DNA from: Alphaproteobacteria bacterium | GTDB taxonomy: Bacteria; Pseudomonadota; Alphaproteobacteria; Rs-D84; CASDRH01 | Reading direction: 5' to 3' | Length of the DNA: 64,000 nucleotides | Assembly: GCA_025210155.1 (NCBI GenBank) | Contig: JAOASE010000002.1 | Location: forward strand, 2,853-66,852 | In this document: positions 41,611 through 51,699 of the stretch, piece by piece | How positions within the stretch are numbered: the stretch's first letter is position 1 | Layout of the letters: the number at the start of each line of letters is the position of its first letter | Notes under the pieces: generated by a model | Database searches by the model: none | Told to the model about the DNA's origin: nothing | Seen by the model: only the letters and a program-made list of their open reading frames with translations | Made by a program: the position numbers and the translations under genes

Positions 41611-43137
41611 ATGACAGCTAAAGAAGATTCTAAAATTCAATATTATGAAAAGCATTCTGCTAATGTTGGGGATAATTTTACAGAGATTAAATATTCAGGA
41701 CCTACGCGTAAAGATTATAGGGGTAAGACTTTGTTGTCAGATTATGTATTTTATTCTGATGGTAAGGCTCTTAGAAATCATGAAAAGATTTTTGATGGAC
41801 ATTTGATGCAAAGAGATTTTCCAGAAGAATTTCTTCCTGATAATATGAAGGAAAGCTTAAAATATTTTAGGAATGAGAATCATGTTGATTATGTATTTGC
41901 CTCTAATTCTAAAAATAAATTAAAGTTATTGTTTGAAGGTGTGAATGATATTGAATTTAAACATGGATTTTTAATGCATGATACGGATAATGAGAATGAT
42001 GCTTTTAAATTAAGTTTTGTTGAAAACGAAGAAACTGGGAATATGGATTTGAATGGTTACTATGATTTAAAAGATCTTGTTACTAAGTTGGATGGAATTG
42101 AAAGAGGATATCATTTTCAAATACATGGTGAAAATACTTTTTCATTTAAAGTTGATGGGAGTGATGAAGTTGCTACTTATTTTTTAGTTAATGTTTTAGA
42201 TTGGGATAAGGGAGAAATTGAGTATTATCCTTTCGATAAAAATGTTAGAGAGCTTGTTGATGGGTTTGCTATTTTGGGTTGGAGAAAAAGTCCTGCAGAT
42301 CGTTATTCAAAAGAAGAATTTGATAAGGTTTATAAATTACTTGAAGATGGAAATTCTTTTCAAGATTTAGGTATAGATTATGATAATGCAAAAGGTAATA
42401 ATAAAAAGTTTGAAACTTATAGAGATGGAAAGTATTTTTCTTATTTAGATAAAGAAAATCTTTATTTAAAATCTATTGAAGAGAGGGAAGATGGTTTTTC
42501 TATAGATACTATTAAAGAAGGTAGTTATGATAAAGTTGGAGTTGGGAAGGATGATAATAATTGGGTTTCTTTTTATAAGAGAGATAAATCTAGAGATCTT
42601 ATCATATTAGATGGTGGCAATATTGTCTGGGAAGGAAATGAGGATAAAGAATATTCTTATAGAGATTATGATGGAATGTATGTTATATCTTATGATAGTT
42701 CGGAGCATGGTGTTAAGAAAAATAAGGAAGTTGTCTTTTTAGATGAAAATAAAAACGTTTTATTTAAGATAGAAAAATTCCAAAAGCATCAAAGTTATTA
42801 TTATACAGATAAGGATTTTGAAAATAATTCTTTATATGCTGAAAGTGATAATAATATATCCTTTTTAGAACATATATTGATGGATAGAACAGATTACTTT
42901 ACGAGTAACGATGAATTGGTAAGGTTTGTTAGAAGTATTCCTGAAGAAGAAATTGAGGATTTTAGGATTGAATTTCAAGAAATCATAGATCAGCTTAATT
43001 CTGAATATTCTGATTTTGTAAAAGATAAAGATATTAGAATTAGCCAGGCTAGAGAGAATGAAATTAGGAAAAATGAAATTTTTAATTTACAAAATAAGTT
43101 GAATGAACTTCAAAAAGAAGATCAATTACATGATTAA
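41611..43137 (+). CDS. hypothetical protein (508 aa), Asp/Glu/Lys/Tyr-rich, no signal peptide or TM segment
   Basis: A GGAGG SD lies 7 nt upstream; no family recognised. Confidence 0.4.
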   Translation: MTAKEDSKIQYYEKHSANVGDNFTEIKYSGPTRKDYRGKTLLSDYVFYSDGKALRNHEKIFDGHLMQRDFPEEFLPDNMKESLKYFRNENHVDYVFASNSKNKLKLLFEGVNDIEFKHGFLMHDTDNENDAFKLSFVENEETGNMDLNGYYDLKDLVTKLDGIERGYHFQIHGENTFSFKVDGSDEVATYFLVNVLDWDKGEIEYYPFDKNVRELVDGFAILGWRKSPADRYSKEEFDKVYKLLEDGNSFQDLGIDYDNAKGNNKKFETYRDGKYFSYLDKENLYLKSIEEREDGFSIDTIKEGSYDKVGVGKDDNNWVSFYKRDKSRDLIILDGGNIVWEGNEDKEYSYRDYDGMYVISYDSSEHGVKKNKEVVFLDENKNVLFKIEKFQKHQSYYYTDKDFENNSLYAESDNNISFLEHILMDRTDYFTSNDELVRFVRSIPEEEIEDFRIEFQEIIDQLNSEYSDFVKDKDIRISQARENEIRKNEIFNLQNKLNELQKEDQLHD

Positions 43138-43271
43138 TATTTTTGCAATAACCTTGTTAAATTAACGGGGTTATTTTTTTCTTTACAATAATTTCTTGAC
43201 AAAATATCTTCTATGGTTTATTTTGAGTTTAGTTAAAATGTAAATTATGATAATAGTTTAAATATATAGAT

Positions 43272-44129
43272 ATGAAAAAAATTAATTTAGAATTTCTTAA
43301 ATTGCATAACTTGTCTTTAGTTGCGGCATCTAATGATGGAAAGCTTTTTCTAAAGCTTATTAAAGATGATGAAAATAGTCACAATCATTCAATGAGAAGC
43401 TATGTTAAGTATATGTTTCATGATGTTGATTGTTTAGAAGATTCCATTTCTTTGAAGGTAAATAAGTTTGAATTCCCACAGTTTTTAAAAATTTTGGATA
43501 CGGAAGTTTTGATAAAGTTCTTTCAAGAGTTTAGAGTTTTATTAAATAAAACAGAAATATCGGGTACTACATATGTAGCCTTTGATGGAAATAAATTAGA
43601 AACTTTATATGCTAGTTTAGAAAAACGTGGGGATAATGATCCCTTAGCAGCTTTGGAATTGGAAAAGATTTTTTTAACCTATTTCTCTTTAGAAGAGAAA
43701 AATGGGGTGGAAGAAAAATCAGAAAAAGTTGATGTGCCGGAGCTGGTGCCTATAAAATCTTTTTTAGATGAAGGATATGGAGTTTCTTTTAAAGTTGAAA
43801 TTAACTTTAATAAATTGATGATTCAACTTAGTAAAGGGCCTAATTTCATTTTTGAATTCGGTTCAGCTTCTTCTAAAGAGCTGGATAGTTTTTATACCTA
43901 TCCAGTGGATTATAATTTAATGGAATTTGTGACTTCCAATATTATTGGAGAAAAAATGTGTTCTTTTTATGGAGATGTTAAATCTCATTTAAAAGAAAAT
44001 GTGGAGCTTGCTTTTTATAGAAGGGAAGGAAATGAATATTCTACATTTGCTAATACATTTTTTTCCGATGATGAAAATCAGAAAACTGAGTGTTTGGAAG
44101 GTTTGCGAACTAAGTACTTTGATTATTAA
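43272..44129 (+). CDS. hypothetical protein (285 aa)
   Basis: Starts MKKINLEFL, like the next ORF. A 12-bp perfect hairpin follows the stop. Confidence 0.35.
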   Translation: MKKINLEFLKLHNLSLVAASNDGKLFLKLIKDDENSHNHSMRSYVKYMFHDVDCLEDSISLKVNKFEFPQFLKILDTEVLIKFFQEFRVLLNKTEISGTTYVAFDGNKLETLYASLEKRGDNDPLAALELEKIFLTYFSLEEKNGVEEKSEKVDVPELVPIKSFLDEGYGVSFKVEINFNKLMIQLSKGPNFIFEFGSASSKELDSFYTYPVDYNLMEFVTSNIIGEKMCSFYGDVKSHLKENVELAFYRREGNEYSTFANTFFSDDENQKTECLEGLRTKYFDY

Positions 44130-44187
44130 TTTTTTATATATAGCCCTGTTAAATTATCAGGGCTATATAGTTAAAAAAATTACTGAG

Positions 44188-44544
44188 ATGAAAAAAATTA
44201 ATTTAGTAGATTTATTGTCTAAGGAGAATTTTAAATTTGGCTTTGGACTTTATCAAAAAGAAATTTCATTCGAATATGATAATTTAGTTGTCAAATTTGA
44301 ATTTGGTTTAAATAGAAAAATTATGATAAGTAAGCTTTCTGAAGAAGAGCGCAGGGTTAAGGCTTTATTTCCGGAAAATTTATTGGAAAGTTTTTTTAAA
44401 GAAGTATGTAAATTAATAGTAAATGATAAGGTTGTTTTAACTTTTTTAAATTCTAAATTTACTTCTATCGAGGCTGAATTCGGTTCTGCTGAAGATCATT
44501 TAGATGATGTTAAAAAAATAGTTGAAAAATACTTTGTATTATGA
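44188..44544 (+). CDS. hypothetical protein (118 aa); its N-terminus MKKINLVDLL echoes that of 43272..44129
   Basis: Start taken at the internal Met after the hairpin. A terminator AGGACC tttagg GGTCCT followed by TTT lies after the stop. Confidence 0.3.
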   Translation: MKKINLVDLLSKENFKFGFGLYQKEISFEYDNLVVKFEFGLNRKIMISKLSEEERRVKALFPENLLESFFKEVCKLIVNDKVVLTFLNSKFTSIEAEFGSAEDHLDDVKKIVEKYFVL

Positions 44545-44641
44545 GGACCTTTAGGGGTCCTTTTAATTTATCTCCTTGCTTTGTTTTGGGAGATTCTTTA
44601 GACTTTACTCATGTTATAATTTTTTGATTTAAGGGATTCTT

Positions 44642-45088
44642 ATGTATGAAATTTTAATTAGAAATGAATATGAAAATTTGGATGATATTTTATCTGAGTT
44701 TAATGTTGTTATAAAGGATGTTATTGAGGCTTCAGCTAGTTATTTGAATTTTTCTTTAGATGGAAAAGAAGTTTCTATTTTACTTACTAATGACAGTGAA
44801 ATTCATAAATTGAATAAAGATTTTAGAGGTAAAGATAAACCGACTAATGTTCTTTCTTTTGAAACGGAAGATGATGAAATGTTGGGTGATATTGTAGTTT
44901 CTATTGATACAGTTTTGAAAGAGGTTAAAGAGCAGGGTAAAGAATTTAAAAATCATTTCGTGCATTTAATTGTTCATGGATTTTTACATCTTCTGGGTTA
45001 TGATCATTTGGATGATTCTGAGGCTGATGAGATGGAAGGTTTAGAAATAGAAATTATGGAAAGTATGGGGTTGGATAATCCTTATTAA
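44642..45088 (+). CDS. ybeY: rRNA maturation endoribonuclease YbeY
   Basis: HLIVHGFLHLLGYDH zinc-binding motif; 148 aa. Confidence 0.85.
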   Translation: MYEILIRNEYENLDDILSEFNVVIKDVIEASASYLNFSLDGKEVSILLTNDSEIHKLNKDFRGKDKPTNVLSFETEDDEMLGDIVVSIDTVLKEVKEQGKEFKNHFVHLIVHGFLHLLGYDHLDDSEADEMEGLEIEIMESMGLDNPY

Positions 45089-45100
45089 AGATTTTTAATC

Positions 45101-46684
45101 ATGAAAAAATATAGAGAAAGAAGTAGGATTTATTTTATGAAAAGTTGGGTTGAAAAAGTAGTTAAATTTTTAAAGGAAAAAAAGATTTTTTCTTTGGCAT
45201 TTTTAGGTTTGATTGTTGGTCTTTGTGAACCTAAAATTGATAGTCAAATTTGGTGGTTAAAATTTACTATAATTGGTGTTTGTTTAAATGTTTTTTATAG
45301 TGTTTTAAAAGATACTTTTAGTAAGAAGATTTCGTTTAAAGAATTTTACTTTTTAGTACTTTCATTTTTTTATGGATGGTTTTTTGTTTCGGCATCTTGG
45401 GTTGCTAATTCTGCATTAGTGAATGGGTTGCCATCTTATTTTGTTGTTGGATATTTTTTAATTAGAGTGTTTTTCCCTGTTGTTTTGGCAGGTGTTAAAT
45501 CTATACCTTTTTATTTTTTATGGAAATATCAAAAAGGGCAAAATAATGTTTGGAAAGCGATTCTTTTTGCAGTTGTTTTTGTGTTGTCAGAGATGTTTTT
45601 AACTTTTGTTTGGCAAGGTTGGCCTTATGAATATATGGCTTATAATTGGTTTGAAGTGAAGAGTATGATTCAGCTGGTATCTTTACCGTTTATCTCGGTT
45701 TTTGATTTATCCTTAGTTACTATGCTTTTGATACTATCTTTTAGGTTTATTAATTTTAAAAATAAATCGATTCGACCGGCGTTTTTGGCATTTTTCCTAC
45801 CTTTTGTGGTTACTATCTCTTTTGGATTTGTTAGGTTGAGTGGGTATGAAAAGTATGATGTATCTAAGTCGGATTTGAAGTTAGATTTTTATTTGTTTCA
45901 GGGTAACGCTCCTTCATATATAAAATATACTCCTAAGGTTATAGATCAAAGAAAAACAGATTTAATAAATATGCAATCTACTATTTCTTTGGATGAAAAT
46001 TCTGATAGGATTCCTGTTTTTACTTTTTATGAATCTGCTTTGCAATATTATATAGGTGGCAGTAAACTTCATATAGAAGAAATTCAAAAAATCATTCCTA
46101 AAAATGGATATTTAATTTCTGGTCACTTAGCTTCTTTTGGATATATAGATCATAAAACTGATGATTTTGAAAGGAAGTTTTTTAACTCACTTTCTACATT
46201 TGATTCTAATGGAAATATTATTCATACTTATGATAAAAAAAGGTTGGTTGCTTTTGGTGAATACTTGCCTTGGTTTTTGAAAATTTTTGTTCCTGAAAAT
46301 GGAGAGGGAAGTGGATTTTCTAATGGTGAAAATAGAGATGAATTATTCTTAAAAGATAGATTGTTTTTCTTACCTAAAATATGTCATGAAATTACATTTC
46401 CATTCTGGAATTTTAAATTCTGGAAAAAGAAAGATGATGTTGAAAAGTTTGCCATACTAAATGTTCTTAATGAGGGATGGTTTGCAGATAAGGTTTTAGA
46501 TAAGCATTATATCATTTCTACATTTCAAGCAGTAGAAAATAACAAGCCTTTATTAAGAATTGCTAATACAGGTTTAACAGGGGCGATTGATAAATATGGT
46601 TTTTCTATGGATGGAATTTCAAACGGAGAAAAGAAAAAATATTTAAATAAAAATATTTCTGGTATTTTAAAAATTTCTCTGTAA
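45101..46684 (+). CDS. lnt: apolipoprotein N-acyltransferase
   Basis: 527 aa with an N-terminal polytopic membrane domain and a C-terminal CN-hydrolase domain. The position after ybeY is a conserved context. Confidence 0.75.
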   Translation: MKKYRERSRIYFMKSWVEKVVKFLKEKKIFSLAFLGLIVGLCEPKIDSQIWWLKFTIIGVCLNVFYSVLKDTFSKKISFKEFYFLVLSFFYGWFFVSASWVANSALVNGLPSYFVVGYFLIRVFFPVVLAGVKSIPFYFLWKYQKGQNNVWKAILFAVVFVLSEMFLTFVWQGWPYEYMAYNWFEVKSMIQLVSLPFISVFDLSLVTMLLILSFRFINFKNKSIRPAFLAFFLPFVVTISFGFVRLSGYEKYDVSKSDLKLDFYLFQGNAPSYIKYTPKVIDQRKTDLINMQSTISLDENSDRIPVFTFYESALQYYIGGSKLHIEEIQKIIPKNGYLISGHLASFGYIDHKTDDFERKFFNSLSTFDSNGNIIHTYDKKRLVAFGEYLPWFLKIFVPENGEGSGFSNGENRDELFLKDRLFFLPKICHEITFPFWNFKFWKKKDDVEKFAILNVLNEGWFADKVLDKHYIISTFQAVENNKPLLRIANTGLTGAIDKYGFSMDGISNGEKKKYLNKNISGILKISL

Positions 46685-46709
46685 AATATTTAGCATAAGG
46701 GGAAAAAAA

Positions 46710-46740
46710 AGAACTGGGTTTTTAATTCAGTTCTTTTTGA
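46710..46740. terminator. bidirectional intrinsic terminator
   Basis: AGAACTG loop CAGTTCT followed by T5. Confidence 0.5.
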
Positions 46741-46763
46741 TTTTTGACTTTGTTTAGAAAGAT

Positions 46764-48131
46764 TTAATCTTTTAAAACTTTTTCAGCGAATGGAAATAGT
46801 TCAGGATCTCTTGCTCCCATTATCACAACAGCATCACCTTCTTTTAAATTAGGAAGACGATCTTTTAAGTTTTCTAACTTGTCTAAAAATTCTCCGTTTG
46901 TGATTTTATCAGCTACTATTTTTGAGCTTTCAAATTCTTTTGTTTTAAGATAAGTATCCATTAGATAAAGTTTATCTTCTTTTCTTAGTAGTTTATTAAA
47001 TAAGTCTGGCATTTTATCTTTCATGTGAGTATGTGATACCATTCCGTGAGGTTGGTACATTAAGAATACTCTTTTATATATTTCTTGAAGAGCCGAAAGA
47101 GATGCTTCAATTTCTTCTACTGTGTGAGCAAAGTCACATATACTTGTTACACCATCTTTGTTATCACATATGCTTAATCTTTGTTTTGTTCCTTTAAAGT
47201 CTTTTAATGCTTCAATAGCTTCTTCACTAGTGATATCAAAGTTTGCCGCAGCTGCAATTGCACTAGTTGCATTATAGGCATTGAAATATCCTATTATAGG
47301 CATTTGAGCTTGTAGGTTATTTACTTTGAATGTTAATCCATTGGAAGAGCTTTTAATGTCTGTTATAAAATATTTTGCGCATGAGCAAGTTCCGAAAGAA
47401 ACTGTTTCTATATTTTGATTTTTAATATTGTCACTTAATTTACAATTTTCATTTTTAATAAGTAATTTTTGAACATTGTTTTTAGCATAGTCTTCAAATA
47501 CAGCTTTTGCATCTTCAATGTTTTCGAAATGATCGTTACCTACGTTTAGAACTATACCAACTTCAGGTTGGCATTGAGAGATGATATCATAAAAGCCTTT
47601 GCTTTTGTATGCTTCACCACTTTCGTCTATTTCAGCAACGATTATATTGCTTTTACCTATTACTAGGCGAGAGTTGTAATTAGTCATTTCAGATCCAGTT
47701 ACTATTGTAGGATCTTTTTGGCATTTTTTAAGAATGTGGCCAACCATTGCTGTTGTAGTGGTTTTACCAGCTGTTCCAGCAACGCCTACTAATCTGTAGT
47801 TAGAGAAGAATTCTGCTAATTTTTTTGGTCTTAAGACAGATGGGATATTTAACTTTCTAGCTTTGGCTAAATCTTTTTGAGTTTCAGGTATAATTCTGTT
47901 AATGATTATTTCATCTGTGTTTTCATTAATACCACTTCCATCTTCTGGAAATATTTTAATACCTGCGTCTTCTAACTCTTTTCTTACTTCAGGTTTTACT
48001 CCTTTATCAAAGTATATATCTGATCCGCTAACGTTAGCTCCAGATGCTTTAAGTAATAATGCTAGTGGTTGCATTCCGTTTCCGGCTATTGCAGTAAAAA
48101 AGTAGTTCTTAGTCATTTCTTTTTCTTTCAT
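46764..48131 (-). CDS. Mur ligase family protein (MurC or Mpl type)
   Basis: N-terminal Rossmann-like AGNGMQPLA...SGSD and the ATP-binding motif GTAGKTTTTAMV. Confidence 0.6.
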   Translation of the reverse strand: MKEKEMTKNYFFTAIAGNGMQPLALLLKASGANVSGSDIYFDKGVKPEVRKELEDAGIKIFPEDGSGINENTDEIIINRIIPETQKDLAKARKLNIPSVLRPKKLAEFFSNYRLVGVAGTAGKTTTTAMVGHILKKCQKDPTIVTGSEMTNYNSRLVIGKSNIIVAEIDESGEAYKSKGFYDIISQCQPEVGIVLNVGNDHFENIEDAKAVFEDYAKNNVQKLLIKNENCKLSDNIKNQNIETVSFGTCSCAKYFITDIKSSSNGLTFKVNNLQAQMPIIGYFNAYNATSAIAAAANFDITSEEAIEALKDFKGTKQRLSICDNKDGVTSICDFAHTVEEIEASLSALQEIYKRVFLMYQPHGMVSHTHMKDKMPDLFNKLLRKEDKLYLMDTYLKTKEFESSKIVADKITNGEFLDKLENLKDRLPNLKEGDAVVIMGARDPELFPFAEKVLKD

Positions 48132-48138
48132 TTTAGGA

Positions 48139-48654
48139 TTAATAAATAGATATTTTTCTAACAGTATTTTTCTTTTTTTCTTCAGCTTCGGCCTCAGCTT
48201 TTTCTTTGGCTTCTACTTGATCTTCTTTATTTTTTTCATTAATAATATCTTCAGCTTTTTTTAATTTTAAAGCTTCTTTTATTTTTTTTGTGAATTCTTT
48301 GTTTTCACCCACTTCGATTCCTCTTATAGTTTGTTCTTCGAATTTATCTTGTAGGTATTCAGGAGTTCCGCAATCATATCCTGTTCTTTTCATAGCATCA
48401 CATACGTCTTGAAATATAGGTTCGCAAAATTGAACAAATTCTCCGCAATCTCTTTCACCTTTATCTCTTCTTGATTCACTTACGTCTGCTGATTGAGCTT
48501 GAGTGCAATATTTAAAGTTGTTCATACATTTTGAAATAGAGTATACTTTTCTTCTACCAAATTCACCCCATTCTTGTTCTTCGGCTGCGTGTGTTATTGG
48601 TGTTGCAAGTAATGTATTTGCTATTAAAAAAGTTGCGATTTTATATAATTTCAT
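48139..48654 (-). CDS. secreted hypothetical protein (171 aa) with a signal peptide, six Cys and a KE-rich tail
   Basis: Signal-peptide-like N-terminus MKLYKIATFLIANTLLATPITHA. Confidence 0.35.
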   Translation of the reverse strand: MKLYKIATFLIANTLLATPITHAAEEQEWGEFGRRKVYSISKCMNNFKYCTQAQSADVSESRRDKGERDCGEFVQFCEPIFQDVCDAMKRTGYDCGTPEYLQDKFEEQTIRGIEVGENKEFTKKIKEALKLKKAEDIINEKNKEDQVEAKEKAEAEAEEKKKNTVRKISIY

Positions 48655-48821
48655 GGCTCATTCCTTTTGTATATTATTTTATAAAAAAAAGCTTTTTTTA
48701 GCAAGGGAAAAAATAAATTGTAAATTGAATGTAAGTATTCTATAATATACTTAAGTATAGTTTTGAATTTATGCTTTTTTGTACGATCTAATCGTAATAA
48801 ATAATTTTGATGAGGTGTTTT

Positions 48822-49211
48822 ATGTCTGATAATAATATAAAAGAAGTTTTGATATCTTCTACGGCGAAGATTGTTGCCGCTTGTGTTGATAAAGAAGTTG
48901 TGTCTAAGGATAAATTGGGTAAATTAATAGAAGATGTTTTTAAATCATTGAGTAACTGCGCTCAGGGTAAATTGGGTAGTGGAAATGTTCCGGCTGTTTC
49001 TATTGAGGATTCTATTAATGATGATTATATAGTTTGTCTTGAAGATGGTAAGAAATTAAAAATGCTTAAGAGATATTTGAAAACTCACTATAATATGACA
49101 CCTGAAGTTTATAGGAAGAAGTGGGGATTGCCTTTGGATTATCCTTTTGTAGCTCCTAACTATGCGAAGACTAGAAGTAAGTTAGCGAAGAATACTGGAT
49201 TAGGAAAGTAA
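48822..49211 (+). CDS. mucR: Ros/MucR family transcriptional regulator
   Basis: C2H2-like Ros motif CLEDGKKLKMLKRYLKTHYNMTPEVYRKKWGLPLDYPFVAPNYA. Confidence 0.8.
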   Translation: MSDNNIKEVLISSTAKIVAACVDKEVVSKDKLGKLIEDVFKSLSNCAQGKLGSGNVPAVSIEDSINDDYIVCLEDGKKLKMLKRYLKTHYNMTPEVYRKKWGLPLDYPFVAPNYAKTRSKLAKNTGLGK

Positions 49212-49242
49212 TATAAATTGAAAAAGTTATGATGGGTGAACT

Positions 49243-49983
49243 ATGGAAAAAAAATTGGAAATAAAAACTAGAGATGGATTTAGCATCTCAGGTATATATT
49301 ATAATAAAGAAAAAAATCAAAAGAACTTGGTTATATTTTTACATGGATTAACAGGCTTGATAGATTCATATCTTATTAAAAGAAGTGTGGATTTTTTTTA
49401 TCATAAAAATTTTGATGTTTTTGTTTATAATAAATATAGTGATGAAGAAATCGATGGAGTTAAGAAGAGAGCTTTATATGAAGGTTTGACTATGTCAAGA
49501 CAGTCTCAAGATTTGCAAGATGTTTTTTATTATTTTAAAGAGAAATATGATAGTATCTATTTAGTAGGCCATAGTAATGGAGGATTAGCTATTGTAGTTG
49601 CTAATATTTTATGTTCTGGGCAGGCTTTGTGGGATCCTACTTTTAATCAAAATGTTTTAGAGGAGCAAGAATTTGTAATTAGGAAAAAAGATTTACCAAT
49701 AGTTAATTGGGATGGTCAATATTATTTAATAAATGATGAGCTTTTAAAAAATTCTAAAATCTATACTAAAGATAAAGTTTCAGAATTATGCTCTAAGATA
49801 GAAGTTCCTACGAAAATAATAGTTGCTAGCAAATCAACTAAGTGGAATGATTGTTATGAGGGAAAAATTAAAAATTCAGATTTTGAAATTTTAGAAGACG
49901 CTAATCATAACTTTACTAAGTTGGGTCAAGTTGATGATGTATGTCAGAAAACCTATGAATTTTTTATGAATAAATGTAAATAG
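49243..49983 (+). CDS. alpha/beta hydrolase fold protein
   Basis: Nucleophile elbow GHSNGG. A terminator lies at 49999-50026. Confidence 0.5.
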   Translation: MEKKLEIKTRDGFSISGIYYNKEKNQKNLVIFLHGLTGLIDSYLIKRSVDFFYHKNFDVFVYNKYSDEEIDGVKKRALYEGLTMSRQSQDLQDVFYYFKEKYDSIYLVGHSNGGLAIVVANILCSGQALWDPTFNQNVLEEQEFVIRKKDLPIVNWDGQYYLINDELLKNSKIYTKDKVSELCSKIEVPTKIIVASKSTKWNDCYEGKIKNSDFEILEDANHNFTKLGQVDDVCQKTYEFFMNKCK

Positions 49984-49998
49984 TTATGATAAAAAAAA

Positions 49999-50026
49999 CC
50001 TCTCAATTGAGAGGTTATTTTTTATT
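49999..50026. terminator. bidirectional intrinsic terminator
   Basis: CCTCTC aatt GAGAGG followed by a T-rich run. Confidence 0.6.
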
Positions 50027-50549
50027 TGTTATATAAACATCTGAAGCCGTATTCTTTAACTTCTCCGCCACCATATGTCGGTTTGTATTCTTGTAGGTCG
50101 TATTTTGTTAAACCTAGAGATGGTTCGTTGTAAACAGTGATAGGCATTCCGTTACCGCAAGTTCTGATCATATATCTATCAGCTACTGCAGAGATCATGT
50201 TTTCAATGGTATCAGGGTATGCTCTATTGTTATCAGACACCCATAGGACTCTAAATTCTTTTAATTCACCAGTATGGAATTTATATTGAACTTTGAAAGA
50301 GTGTCCTTTAAAAGTTTCCATTTTTTCTCTAACCTTATTTGAATACCATTTTTCTTTTACATACTCTATTTCAGATTGAGAAATTTCTTTGTTTCTTGCC
50401 AGGTTATCGTATCTATTTACGTCATTATATTTTTGTTCTACTTCTACGTCAGAAAAATTTTCAGAATCTCTGAAGTCGTTCATAGAACAAGCAGCTGTAG
50501 AAATTAGTGCTCCAGCAATTAATATGTTTTTGAAATTTTTGATTTTCAT
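50022..50549 (-). CDS. putative lipoprotein (175 aa)
   Basis: Signal peptide with lipobox STAAC. Confidence 0.4.
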   Translation of the reverse strand: MKIKNFKNILIAGALISTAACSMNDFRDSENFSDVEVEQKYNDVNRYDNLARNKEISQSEIEYVKEKWYSNKVREKMETFKGHSFKVQYKFHTGELKEFRVLWVSDNNRAYPDTIENMISAVADRYMIRTCGNGMPITVYNEPSLGLTKYDLQEYKPTYGGGEVKEYGFRCLYNK

Positions 50550-50617
50550 ATCCTATCTCCCTGCATATTTAGATATATTTTATCATAAATTATGATTGTT
50601 TACAACAAGATTATTTT

Positions 50618-51698
50618 CTATCTTTTACCTATAAGGAATTTATCTATATTTCCGTTTAATACGCTTTGCACGTTACTCTCTTCGATACCGTTTCTAGTAT
50701 CTTTTACTAGTTGGTATGGTTGCATAACATATGATCTAATTTGATTGCCCCAGCCAATTTCGCTTTTATTTGCATTGGCTTCGTTTGTTTCTGCTTCTCT
50801 TGCTGCTACTTCCATTTCGTATAATCTAGATTTAAGCATTTTCATACATTCTGCTTTGTTTTGATGTTGTGATCTAGAGTTTTGAGATTGTACTACTATT
50901 TTAGTAGGTAGGTGAGTTATTCTTACAGCTGAGTCAGTTTTGTTTACGTGTTGACCACCAGCTCCGGAAGCTCTGTATGTATCTATTTTTAGATCTTTAT
51001 CTTCTATTGTTATTTCAATTTCTTCTTCTATTTTTGGATATATCCATACAGAAGCGAAGGATGTATGTCTTTTAGCATTAGAGTCGAATGGAGATATTCT
51101 TACTAATCTGTGAATACCACTTTCGTTTTTTAACCATCCGAAAGTGTTTTCTCCTTCTATTGAAATAGTTGCAGATTTAATACCTGCAACTTCACCGGAT
51201 TGCTCTTCTATGATTTCATACTTGAATTTCTTTTGTTCTGCCCATCTGATATACATTCTTAAAAGCATTTCTGCCCAGTCACAGCTTTCAGTTCCTCCTG
51301 CTCCAGGGTGTATTTCTATATAGCAATCGTGTTTATCTAGTTCTCCAGAAAATCTTGTTTCTGTATTTAAAATTTCAAGTTCTGTTAGAAGGTTTTTGAA
51401 GTTGTTTTCAATTTCTTTTATTAGATCTTTTTCATTTTCTTCTATTGCTATTTTTAGCATTTCAGAATTATCTACTAGAGTATTAGAAAGGGTTGAGAAT
51501 TTTTCTAATTTTTTCTCAATAGATTTTTTTTCTTTTAAAACTTTTTCAGATTTTTTTTGATTATTCCAGAAATCAGGTTTTTCAATTTCTTTTTCTAGAT
51601 CTTTTAGGGTAGAGGTTAAAGTAGGTATGTCAAAGACACACCTTTATATTTTGAATTAACTCTGAACATTTAGATTTGATATTTTCTAGTTCTATCAT
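50618..51698 (-). CDS. prfB: peptide chain release factor 2, with a programmed +1 ribosomal frameshift
   Basis: GGQ motif SGAGGQHVNKTDSAVR and SPF-region homolog. The 24-codon frame-0 segment ends at the CTT TGA C site (reverse complement of 51629-51635). Reading +1 gives LDIPTLTSTLKDLEKEIEKPDFWNNQ, which joins the 280-aa ORF. Confidence 0.9.
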
Positions 51699-51699
51699 A

